Source of the DNA: Klebsormidium nitens
Taxonomy: Eukaryota > Plantae > Klebsormidiophyceae
Assembly: GCA_000708835.1 (NCBI GenBank)
Contig: DF237449.1
Coordinates: forward strand, 1 to 64,000
Length of the DNA: 64,000 bases
Reading direction: 5' to 3'
Of this stretch, positions 36,497 to 47,500 are shown one piece after another. The position numbers were made by a program, and so were the translations under genes. The stretch's first letter is position 1, and each line of letters starts with the position of its first letter. The notes beneath the pieces were generated by a model. The model had not been told where the DNA came from. It saw only the letters and a list, made by a program, of their open reading frames with translations, and made no database searches.

Positions 36497-39400
36497 TGTC
36501 AGTGTCGGTTATGACCCAAGAGTACTACCCCGGTTAGTGGTAGAAATGGAAAGACATCCAGCCCGGTCTCAGAACCAGGACTCCTGTGGGCCCCTACGGG
36601 AGGGGAAGGCCAGGAAAGTGTCCCGGTGCAGAGCCCCCGAGTCCTCGACGGTCCAATTCAGATCCCAACCGGCCAGGCTAGAACCCCTGGTTAAGTTGCT
36701 CATATTGTATATTAAACCCTGACAGTTCCGACTCGTCCGTACTGCCGTACTGCCGAGGTTAATATTAGTGTAACCCCTGAGTCAAACAAAACGAAAAGGT
36801 TACAAAGCAATTTGAAAACTTTCAGGAGAGCGTCATGGTCAAAGTTCACGTCGCAGAAGGAAACGCTTCGCTCCCGGTTCCATACGGAGGACCCGGTTAG
36901 GGTTAGGGTTTTGTTGGCGGGGCTGCCACACGCAATCAGGCTCAGGTTCAAGCACGGCTTGACCATGCAGGTGGTCCGACCTTCACATGACGCTGATCAA
37001 ACGCGAAGGAAGGCGCGCTGCGTGTGCTTGGCAATGTAGTGTTTGGATTCTTAACTGGCCAGATGCTTTGAGGCGAGACAATGCCATGCAAGAGGGTCGC
37101 TTTCATTGCTCATCCATGGTGTTCAGCAGCAGAAGGAAAACGTTGTTGAAGATTGCCAGGTGCAGGCAAGAGGCAAAGAAGATGGGAAAAAGTGGCAAAG
37201 CTTGCTTTTCAAGGTATATCCAGCAGATTCACTGGGCACAGCACCACCTTGCCTTCATGCAAATGCATGCAGGTTCACACCCAATGTGGATTGCCTGATA
37301 ATAAAGGTGAAAGACTGGGGGATGCAAAGTGGTTCTGACCTGTGCACCTGATGCAGGTGAGTGCAGAAGAGATTAAATGGATTTCGTGGCCGTTCAGACT
37401 TTTTGTTGCTTACACAGGGTCAGAACATCTTTCCCTTGAACCCTTTGCTGCTAATCAGCTCGTCTATTCAAACAGTTATAAGCAGTTGTGAACATTCAGA
37501 CTGCTGATGCATCAAGATTTGAACCAAATCAACTTTCATGGAACAACAACCAGCAGATCAACACTGTCATCTACTGTCTCCTCCCTGGCGTTGGATCCTA
37601 GTGCCGAAGCCTGGAGGGTTTCAGGGTGTACATCATGTGTGATTGAAAGTATTTTTAGCACTTACAGGGGACATGCAAGTTTCTCATCGAAACCAGATCA
37701 GAAGATAGGCACGCTTGCATTGATTTAGCAAGCTGTTTGGAATTGATTCAGCAAGCTGTTTGGCAAAAGCTTCAAACCTGGGAACAACGGAGGCTCTGTC
37801 AAATGAAGGTCGTGTTTGATGCATCAGAATGCTCGCTAAGCTAGACTCCTTAGAGAAAAAGGTTGCTTCTTGAACTTGTCGTTGCCACGCTTCAGATTTT
37901 TGGTGGGCTGAAGCGTAAGAAAGATAAACCTGCCCGCGGACGATTACAAGCTGTCATATTCCCAGACCCTGTTCTCTTGTTGTAAGATGCGGCAGCTGTC
38001 AGGGTTGGAGCGCTGGAGCGTGCGTGACAAGAGGCCGTCCACTCTTTAGCATCTAAAGCATAACGGGCCAGCCCGGATCAACAACGGAGGAGGCGAAACC
38101 CACTTTTGTGGTAAGCTCCAGACGCTACTGTGAGCTTTGGAGCTGATAAGGCCCCATTTTAAGCAGACGATGTGCATTATCATCAGCGCCTAGGTCATCC
38201 AATGAAGGGCTTGCAAGTATTGGTAGCCTATTCTGACGTTGCCTATCCTTCGCTTGTTCTCATGCAAACCAATGTAAATAGTAGAGCTCAAAGTAATGTA
38301 AGCGATCATTGGCGAAAGGGAGGGCTGATGATGATCGAGCTGCGGGTTGCAGGTCGTCGCAGAAGTCCCGCAAAGTAAACCAATGCTGCTAAGCACTGCT
38401 GCTAGCAGCTCTGGCCGCGCTTCTCTGTCTGTGTGTCAGGGTGAACACAAAAAAAAATAGTCTTTGCACCTTATTCGAGTTTAGGAGTTCTTGAAAGCAA
38501 ACGAGCTACGAAAGGACAGCCGATAAGCATCACGTATGATCGAAGCATTGAGAACGCTTGCTCTTGTACCTTCAGGCAGGTTCCTCCTGTGATCTGACAT
38601 CTGCCCCGGTTGGTCGGATGGACAGACGTTTTGCGGCTTGACTAGGCCTCGTGCGTACCAACAGCATTATCTGGACGAGCACACCCTCACGAAGGAATTT
38701 CAGAGCTTCGCTGATTGAATACAGGTTCCTTCTTAGATACTGGGAGGCCGCATTTCACCAAAACATGTAGAAAGTTTCTTTGCAGGGCGACACTCAAATG
38801 TGAGGATAAGAAAGCTGGGGGAGAGAAGGAACCGGCTCCATTGCAATTGTAGAGCGCCGTGGTAAGCTTATGAATTTCTGACGGGATGGAGAATATTGTG
38901 AGGCTTCATTCACGGATCTGGTCGAATAGCAATAGAACGACCGAGTAAAAAGGAATTTGAGTGTAAAACTTTGCTGGGTTGGTCGCTCGTTTGGTAATAT
39001 ATGATATGATTTGCGAACCGCGGCGGACACGTTGCGTTTCTTTGCAAGATGGGCACGCACCAGCTCTCGATTTCATATCTTTCGGCCTTGGTGCCATTGA
39101 CAGTGTTTTTGATTCAACATGCATCAGAAGCACCTCTTTTCCAACCAAGAGCATCAGCGTTCGCACACCATTGACTCTGTGCAGTCTGCCCGCAGCCAGC
39201 TGCAATGAGCCTCAGCCGTACGGACAAGGAGACGTGGAACAGAGACCGGAAGGTAAGACTCGGGCCTTTCAAGCCAGGATCGAAAGATTGAATGCTGGTC
39301 AACTGAGTCGACCCAACAGCGGAAGTTCTGCCCGAACGGATAGAAACGATGCTTCAATAAGGTGACCGCGTGTGTTCTGAAGGGTCCCTCACATGAATTG

Positions 39401-40634
39401 CAATTGTGCACATGCAGCAAAGAAAAGCGAAGAAAAAGCATGTTGAGCCCCGTAAGGTGAGCATCTTGAGCAGCATTGAGTGATTACTTGTTGATCACCT
39501 GATCGAGCACATGAGGCACATCGTTGTGGGTCACCGCATTGACCAGCATTTGCGGACGCGCAGAACCGAATCGGTTGAAGACATGGCGCAAAGTGAAGCC
39601 TTCACTGTCAGCTCGAAACCTTCTCGACGAAACCTCTTTGATTCTTCTCGCAGCGGAGCGGCCGGGTGACTGCCGGAATGACTAAAACAGAATGCGGCTG
39701 CTAAGAAGCACGTCGGGCCGTCAGCTGTCGGCGGTGAGCTTGTTCTCAGATGCTGACGTAGTAGCCTTTCATAGAAAGCGGACCGTTGCTTCGACAAACC
39801 CTCGTCTACCCATTAACAAGTGCGACGTACGTCAGTGAGGAGTTAAAATGGCTCAGTTCCTATGGTCGACTCGTTTTCCTCAAGTATCTCTTTTGAAGCC
39901 TCTTCATTCCAGTCTATCACAACCCTTGCTTCATTTTAGCCCTCACTGAATGCGTACAATCTAGAAAAGCGGGGTCGTGATCTCGTGGACTCGCAAGAAG
40001 TAAGTCACGATTCACTGCTAGAATTGAGTTTGCGCTCGTTGGCCGGACAACGTTCGAGAGCGTGTTCGTCTCGACCACGGCTTTGCTCATACATGTTCAA
40101 CAATGAACGGCGAGATGAGAAGATCTCGGCTGCAGCAGCGCTCACTTGAGCAATCATCTTCGAGCAGATTTGTCTCCTCACCAAAGCTTCAATCGTCCTG
40201 ATTGCAGGTGACCTCCAAGCAAGCGAAGGCGAGCCGGAAGTCAAGGGTAACGCTGCTTATCGGAGACGTGGTAAGCAGTCGATGTCATTTGCAGATCCAT
40301 CACCACCATCTGAGGAATAGCGGGGCTTTATCCATTTCAAAACCCAGAATTTGTTGCGGCTGTCCTTGTGAGTACGGTTCCTGTGCTTGCAGCAACTTCT
40401 CAGGAAAATTCTGGAAGCAGCGTCCTTTCCTTCGAATCGTTTCTTTCTAACGGTGAAGCATGGGGTCGTTGGACATTGGATACTTGTGGCTGGTTTTCGT
40501 CAGTCAGATCCTGGGCCTGCCTAATCAACCTTGTGACAAAACAGCGTCCATACTTCCGCTCAAGTTTTCGGAAGCAGCATCCGAACACAGAGAACTTTAT
40601 TTACGGTGCCTTGCAGCCTGTCAGGGCCGCTTAA

Positions 40635-40898
40635 GTCATCTACACCAAGTCAAGCGATCTAGTCAACGGCGGGCCTCTGGGACACAAGCACCTCGGGGTC
40701 ATCGTCGAATCGACTGACACGTCGCAAGCCCGGCGGAATGTGCCCAAGGGCCACACCGCAGCGGAACCCACAAACGGCGAGAGCACGTTGACGGTAGGAG
40801 ATCTGCTGGTGACGACCGACGTCATCGAATGGCCCAAGAAGCATGTCGTCGAGATCCTGGCGCCAATTCGAGGGAAGCCTCGAAATGGCGTCAAGTGA
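40635..40898 (+). pseudogene. Remnant of a CACTA/En-Spm accessory (Tnp1/DUF8039-like) domain
   Basis: Open frame after a TAA: VIYTKSSDLVNGGPLGHKHLGVIVE...LTVGDLLVTTDVIEWPKKHVV, resembling the G.PLG....V.V ... I.WP...V pattern of En/Spm Tnp1-type C-terminal domains (from recall). Confidence 0.5.
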
Positions 40899-41269
40899 GA
40901 GTGCAGGTAAGTCAAAGATTTTTTTCACCGGAGTCCGTTTTCGTGAATCACTTGAAAGTAGAGCATTTGAATTTACCTTGGGCCCCGCAGTCGATGCAGC
41001 TCCAGACTGCCATCGGCTTGCTCACTTGATGTTCAAAAAGCCTTTTCGCTTGCCGGTACAGGGGAACATATGATTCGCTTTACGCTGCCATTCTATTACG
41101 CCGCTACCAGCCTGCGACCATTTTCGACAAATCTCTCTTTGTTATCCGAGGTCGTCTCGCTTGTTGTCGCATCCAACCAAAACAAGGTGGCTTCTTGTGG
41201 TATACAGTGTGCTGTGTATTAGGCAAATTGCTTCTGGAGGTTCGACTGAATCTGTCGCTGGTACACGAG

Positions 41270-41960
41270 CGCTTGCTGACGTCACGTTTGCTTTCGTGGT
41301 GTTGGGTAGCGAGCAGCCGGTGGCTGTAGATTTTGTGGGACGCGTCCAGGTTGCGCCCCTCCCGCGCACGCGCAGATTTGGGAGAGCTCGACCAAGATTA
41401 TTCTTGTGTGTTCGCGGTTGCTGACGTCATTTTCGTTTGCGCAATCCTGCGAGCGCAAGCGGCCAATGGCCGTGGACGAGAACGTCTTCTTGGAGCGCGT
41501 CCCTTCCTCACGCGCGCAAACACGGGAGAGTTTGACCAAAGCCACTGGCTGTCATCTCGCCCCTGCTGACGTCATCTCCGCTTGCGCAGTTCTGCAATCG
41601 TGAGCAGCCGGTGCCGTGGAGCAGGACGTCTACTCGGGTCGCGCCCCTCTCGCGCGCGCGCAAACACGGGCTGGCTCGACTCTATTACTTTCGCCTTTGC
41701 TGACGTCATATTCGTTCTCGCAGTTCTGCTGGCGCGAGCCGCGCGCGGCTGTGAAGCAGACTCGCAACTGGTATTCATGCCGCGCCCCTTTCGCATGCGC
41801 GCGAGACACGGTGAGATTCCAATAAAGCGGCTGTTGACATGCATGTTTGCTCGCGCAGTATTGAAAGGCCGGCGAGCAGAAGTTGGTTAAGCGGAACGTC
41901 TTCCAGATAATGCGTACAGGTCGCGCCCTCCCGCACGCGCACGAAACTTTGTATATATCG
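41270..41960. repeat. Degenerate tandem array, ~134-145-bp unit, 4-5 copies, each with TGCTGACGTCA
   Basis: TGACGTCA at 41277, 41422, 41567 and 41701, with a degenerate fifth near 41835. Units also share GCGCAGTTCTG, GCCGTGG and GCGCCCCT..CGCGCGCGCAAACACGGG blocks. Confidence 0.85.
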
Positions 41961-42369
41961 GTCGTCAGACGTGCATTGATTGCTCTGGAGTGCAAACTCA
42001 TCATTTCATTCTGCAGTTTGGTACACCAATGATTGCGGATCGCGAGGTGTGGGACCTGACCATCAACAAGGATCAGAAAGTAGAGCACCATGTCCTTAGA
42101 AGAGCAAGGCATGTGGCAAGAAGTTGATCAGGCGAGGTCAAGAACAAGGACGTGAAGAGTGTCCAGTACAGTGTCCAGTGTATAGTAATTACGAGCTTAT
42201 GGTCCGCGCTAGCTGTAGGCCCCTCTTCGTGTAGATGCCTCGAATGATCAGGGTCATTAGAATCATAAGAGTCTACTATAGGCGCACCCTATAGTAGATA
42301 GAACATTCCGCCAGGTAGGACTACGGTAGCGCACTTAATAACACCTGACTCCGTCTGATCCTGGTTTGA

Positions 42370-42593
42370 GGTTCCTAGCGGTCTTAATTTGCGCGTTTTC
42401 GGTACGTTCCGACCTTAAAAACCGGACATTTCAGCCAAGATCGTCCTTAATTTAGCATGTGGATTTAGAGCGGCTGCGCCCTTAAAGCGATGCTGTTTTA
42501 AGAGCGCCGTCGCGCGGTCTGCTTCCGGACTATGTTTAAGACCGGCGCTGCTCTCAAAACGGCCGCTCTTAATTCGTGTCCAGATTTATAGTG
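42370..42593. mobile_element. Possible right end of a CACTA element (terminal ...TAGTG with TTAA-core subterminal repeats)
   Basis: About seven CTTAA/TTAAG-centred motifs in both orientations (CGGTCTTAA, CGACCTTAA, CGTCCTTAA, TTAAGAGCG, TTAAGACCG, GCTCTTAA) end at ATTTATAGTG (42593). No matching CACTA left end found. Confidence 0.4.
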
Positions 42594-43249
42594 AGCTAGC
42601 TAGCTAGGCCATGCATGGACACCGTACCAAGGCTAGGCCATCTATGGTGATGGGAGCCCAAATCAGGGCCCAAGTTGCAATCCGGTCCGTTAAAAAAAGA
42701 CTCAGATGCACGAAGTCACTCTGCAATTCTGGGGCTTTGAAATTGAACGCCCACTTTAAGCTCTGTACCTCACATGAATGCATCCGACCATGTACCCTAG
42801 TTCTCATGAGCCTTAACCATATCCACGCAATTACAAGTGTTATGTTAGTCGATCGATTCTATTGTTCACGAGCCTCCCAGCTAGTATGCCAGACTCGACT
42901 TATAATATACCTTGTCCTCCAGTGCAGATCAAGAAGCTACCGTCACACGTGATGGCAATCTTTGCCCACTGTTTGTGTGCTGCCCGCCATGTTTAGCCCA
43001 CAATTATGGACGAACTACAGAATCCAACGGTTCATTCTAGCTCACCTTGAACTACATTTCTCGATTAGTGTTCCTATCCGTGCAAGCTCTATCATAGACT
43101 ACAATTAGACGCCAGGTCTTCAATGAATTGTATTATTTGCAGGACACTGCAAAGAATCGGGCCAATTTGGCCATCAAGAATGGGTCGACTTTGCCGACTA
43201 CCCCCAGGAAGCTTCTCCAAAAGCAGAGGGCTGAAAAGTGATCCTTCTA

Positions 43250-46200
43250 GTTTGGCTTCCCGCAATTAATTAGCAGGCAGCATGCTGAGCTCCCTTTGAC
43301 TTGCTTCCGAGCGCAGGGCCTTGCCGGCCCTTCAGAAGCAACGGGCTTTGACGCTGTTAGGCGGGACCTCAAACTGATCCCAGTCCAGCTGGCTCGAGGT
43401 TTCGAAGAGCGACTCGGAGGTCTCGAGGTCGAAGCTGGCGAAGAACACTTGGGCGGGGTCTCCTTCGCAAGCAGGCACGTCCCATGTCTTGCTCAGCGGC
43501 TTGATGTCCGGATCGAAGATCTCGGAGCACAGAGCGCTAGTGGGGGTGATCGGATCGTAGTCGTTGTGGCGCGCCCTTTTCGTTTCCTGAGAGAGGGACG
43601 CCGAGCAGACAATATTGGCAACAAGCAACTTTTTGCAGAAGTGGAGGTGGCACAGTCCACCACATGCTACCTTGCAAGCGTGAGGTTACAAAGATCAAGT
43701 CGGTTACAAAAGCGGACACTGCATGTGTTAATGTATTGAAGAGACCTGCTGGCCCCAATTCTTTTCTGTCCCCAAATTTCTGGGAGTGGGATGATTTGAT
43801 CACACTGCCCAAGCTTGAATGGGGCTAGAATGACCGGACACGGCAAATTGGTCAACTCGATCAGACCGACTCCTATGCAATACTGGCCGTGAGCTCTACA
43901 TGACTGAGCGGGGACAAGGAGAATCGGTACCGGACGGAAGCTAAGGCTAGGTGCTGTTGGAACCCCCAATAGTGACGTCAGCTTCAGGCTGCCATATCTT
44001 TTTGTCTACTATCGGCCGTTCAAATGTCAGATATACAGCATCCAACGGCTTGGGATGCGAATTGAAAACCCTAACTCGGGATGCAGGCAATGTCACATCG
44101 CAGCCGTCGGCTGACCACTTCTACAGGATTCGACGCTTCAGAACCAGAGCGGTCGAAGTTTGGGTTGACATAACTGCAAACCCAACAGGCCCCAGCCTTA
44201 GCTTCCGTCCGGTACCGATTCTCCTTGTCCCCGCTCTGACTGGCTGAGGACCTGCCCTAACACCTAAGCTCATTGGTCTGGGACTGTTGAAAGCTGAGTG
44301 GGCCCAGACTCAAGTCTTTGAAAGGCGTGCAGTCAAACACAAGACTGATTGTCGGGGAGCTGAAGCACGAAAACAGGATTGAAGGCGGAATATTTACCTG
44401 GCTAAGCAGCTCGGACCTCTCCGGAATCTCGATGCAGTTGGATTGTACAAAAGTGTGGTACTCCATAGGTACCACACTCTTCCGTTTCTGGAATTGTCAG
44501 AAAAAGGAGAAGCTATCAATATCAAACGGACAAGATCGCGTTACTGTGGGGGGTGATGAATCAAAAGGATACTTCATGACTGTGGGATCACGGAGTTACA
44601 CTAGAAACCAACAATTTCCTGTACCTGTGTGAACCCGCATGACCGACACACGTTGAGAGTAGACAAACTACGCTTCATCTCGATTCTGAAAAAGCTGAGG
44701 CGAGCCTCTGGGTAAGTTGAGAAGCTTTCTGCAATCATTTTGGCCAGTGTGGAGGTCGTCATCTTGCTCAAATGAACGAGCAACGTAGGGGTTGCTCTCT
44801 TGCTGCCAACAACAGCACAGTTATTAATTAACATAGGAGATGGATGAAATCCTTTCACTATCCTTTCTTGTGCAATTGGAAGTCTCTGAAGATTGGACTG
44901 TCCAGAAGTAAGTCCCGTGAGGGCCCTGCCAACCTTGAGGCAGATGGTGCCTGGCATCAATTCAAGAACACTCGGTTTCAACGTGCAACTTGACGCTTAG
45001 TCTCAACGGACGAGGTTTAAGAAAAGCAGTAGTATCTAAATACTGCCAGATTCAAACTTGTCAGGCTATATGTCCAGATCAGCTTGTTCGTAGAACTGAC
45101 AGGGCACAATGTCTTCCCACGATCTGAAGACCGAGAAGAAACAGGCTCTGCCATACCACGACTCTCAAAAACTGTGATGAGTTCCACCCTTTGAAGAAAG
45201 AACCAGGTGCAACATTGATGCCTCACCCTTCGTGACCGGAGGTCTGCTCGCGTCGTCTGGTCTTGCATCAAGGAAAGCCTGATGCGCTCCAACGCTTGGA
45301 CACGTGCTCTTGTGCCGCTCAACTGGGACTGTGAGCAAAAAATAATGACACAATCAAAAAGGTGCAAAATGCTTAGGTAAGAAACACGAGACAGCGTTAC
45401 AGCAGTACAACAACACATTGGACCTTTTGAAACAATCAAGTATCTAGAAGGCAAAACTCTTCTCCTGACATGTACATTCAGGCGCCAGTCAAATTATAGT
45501 CAATTTTATCAAGGAACATGAGAGCAACTAGAGTCGGTTTGAAAGCCCTTTCCTAGATAAACAGTGTGCAAGAACACCCACCTGTAAAGTAACTATCTGC
45601 TGTTGCAAAAGGGCAACTGCAGCGACGCACCCGTACACTGGGTCTATAGTCCTGCAATGTTGCAGGAAGTGGAACACAATCAGGTACTCTTCAGCCAGAT
45701 CTGAATGGAAGTGCACAGGACTGGGCACAAACGTTGTTTCGGACCTTTTTCAACAGCGAAATAGCCCAAATCTACAGAATCCTGCAACAGTCCACCGCAT
45801 TGGAACCTCTCTACAGACTTGTCAAAGATCCTGGGTTGGATACTCCATGTAATCCAAGTCCATGCCTGACCCCTTCCAGCAAAGGTGTTGATTACTGTCA
45901 GGTCATGCACTCCTGGTCCAATCACCTGTCTTGCATGGTGGTACCCCTGCCCTGTCCTGCTTCTTCATCGAAACTGAATGTACGAGACTCTGTACTCGCA
46001 TGATATGGCTCACCTTGCTTCAGCTTCATATGTGAGACTCTTGACTGTGTTGGTCCGGTCGGCAACAGGCACTCTACTGAGGAACTTCCCAATGTTATGA
46101 GCCCCGTAGCTGTACAAGAAGAAGGATTGTCAAGACTTTCTAATAGGGGACAAGGGAGTAGATTGAACAGCCTCTTATGAAAGACTTTGAATCTGCCTGA

Positions 46201-47500
46201 GCCCTGGCTTACCACAGCAGCTTAGCCTGAACATACTCTAAGCAGAAACTACTGAGCTGAGATAGCTCTGAGAACCTGAGATTGATGATCCTGATGTTCT
46301 GAGATTAAGAATCAAGAGAGCACCTCTTAATAGTTCCTTTGTCTACCAACTCTGAGAAACTCAAACTCCAGGGCAGCTTTGCTCAAAGATGTAAGCTGGA
46401 AGAAGAACCACCTCAGAGCCTCTCGCTCAATTGGAAGTGGAAAACATGAGGAGGAAACCGTAAGCACAGAGGACCAATAAAGTAGGCTACTGCAAAGTGA
46501 GATACAGAGATCAGGAAAGGGCTGAAAGCTTCTTGGGGAAACAAGGCGGGTTGGAGACAGTACACGGAAAGTGCTCAAAATAAGTGCCTCAGCAGGATGA
46601 TTGCCCCTTCAAGCTGGCTTCAAAACTCCCTAGATCACATTTGCACAAGCGATCGAGTTCCAATTAACTTTCATGAACCACATAAACCTCCACAAAGGTC
46701 AATGCAGTCTCTCCCGCAATCCAACCTGACGACGGAACTAAAAGAGGAACTTCCAGTGCAGGTCTCAGTTGGCAACTCACATCTTGTGCAAGAGGACAAA
46801 CTTCTCCCGCTCCTGCTGAGGAAAGTAGGGCGCAAAGATGCATTCCTGAGTGCATTTCCGGCGCAAAAACCTGCATGCTGCGCAGGGCGGCTGGTCACGG
46901 ACAGCTACATCAGGGAGCGGAGTTGAACTTGGGAGTTCATCTGTCTGGGTGGCCATCTATGCGCCAAACAACCCCTCTACACTTTTGTTTCAATGAGGTT
47001 AACCTTTGCCAGCTAAAGCTCAAGCTTCTGCTCAACCCACGACGCTACTTGTATGGAGGTCTGGCATTTGCTGAAGTGTTGACTTGGTGGTTGCTTACAA
47101 GCAAGGACTAGCGACAAGTGACACACAGAAGTTGCTGAGGGAGGTGAGGAGCTTAATGAATGCGCTAGCAAATGAGTCAGCAGAATGATTCAGTGGTACG
47201 GGGGACGAACTTGGACTAAGAGTCTGGCTCCAGATTGTCAATCAGGTCTTCACTAGGAGAGCCCTGAGAGGTTTCTTAAGAGCAGTGAAAACGACAGCTA
47301 GGTACTCCAAGTAGGATCCCAGGCTACACATATGCAATGGGAACTTTGATTGGGCCTCCGGGTACGTGCAGCAAAATAGGTGACGGCCCAAAAGCGTCCC
47401 AGAGGTCAACCAACTGATTAGGCAAGAGTCAGGACGCCTGTAGTTCATGATGTCACGTCTGCCATCTGCAACCTATCATTGTCGTTTGTGGTGAGGTAGC
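43250..47500 (-). mobile_element. Second degenerate non-LTR (LINE-like) retrotransposon, RT remnants; interrupted by a MITE; boundaries approximate
   Basis: Collinear minus-strand fragments: EALRWFFFQL (46327-46578), RFQCGGLLQDSVDLG and LQDYRP (~45640-45800), LPIAQERIVKGFHPSPMLIN (GxRQG-PLSP box, 44601-44981), FEQDD (ADD box, other frame) and PCPVILAPFKLG (43667-43969). Confidence 0.6.
43906..44236. mobile_element. MITE-like element (331 bp), perfect 43-bp TIRs, 5-bp TSD TGACT
   Basis: GAGCGGGGACAAGGAGAATCGGTACCGGACGGAAGCTAAGGCT (43906-43948) and its exact reverse complement (44194-44236). TGACT flanks both ends (43901-05, 44237-41). Outer ~24 nt are shared with the element at 36272. Confidence 0.92.

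Noticed and set aside
36893-36910. GGTTAGGGTTAGGGTT telomere-like motif (also TAACCCTAACCC near 53630)
   Set aside because: Only 2-3 units; expected by chance, with no array.
37721-37763. 23-bp tandem duplication; similar 14-bp duplication at 28848-28875
   Set aside because: Trivial local duplications without further structure.
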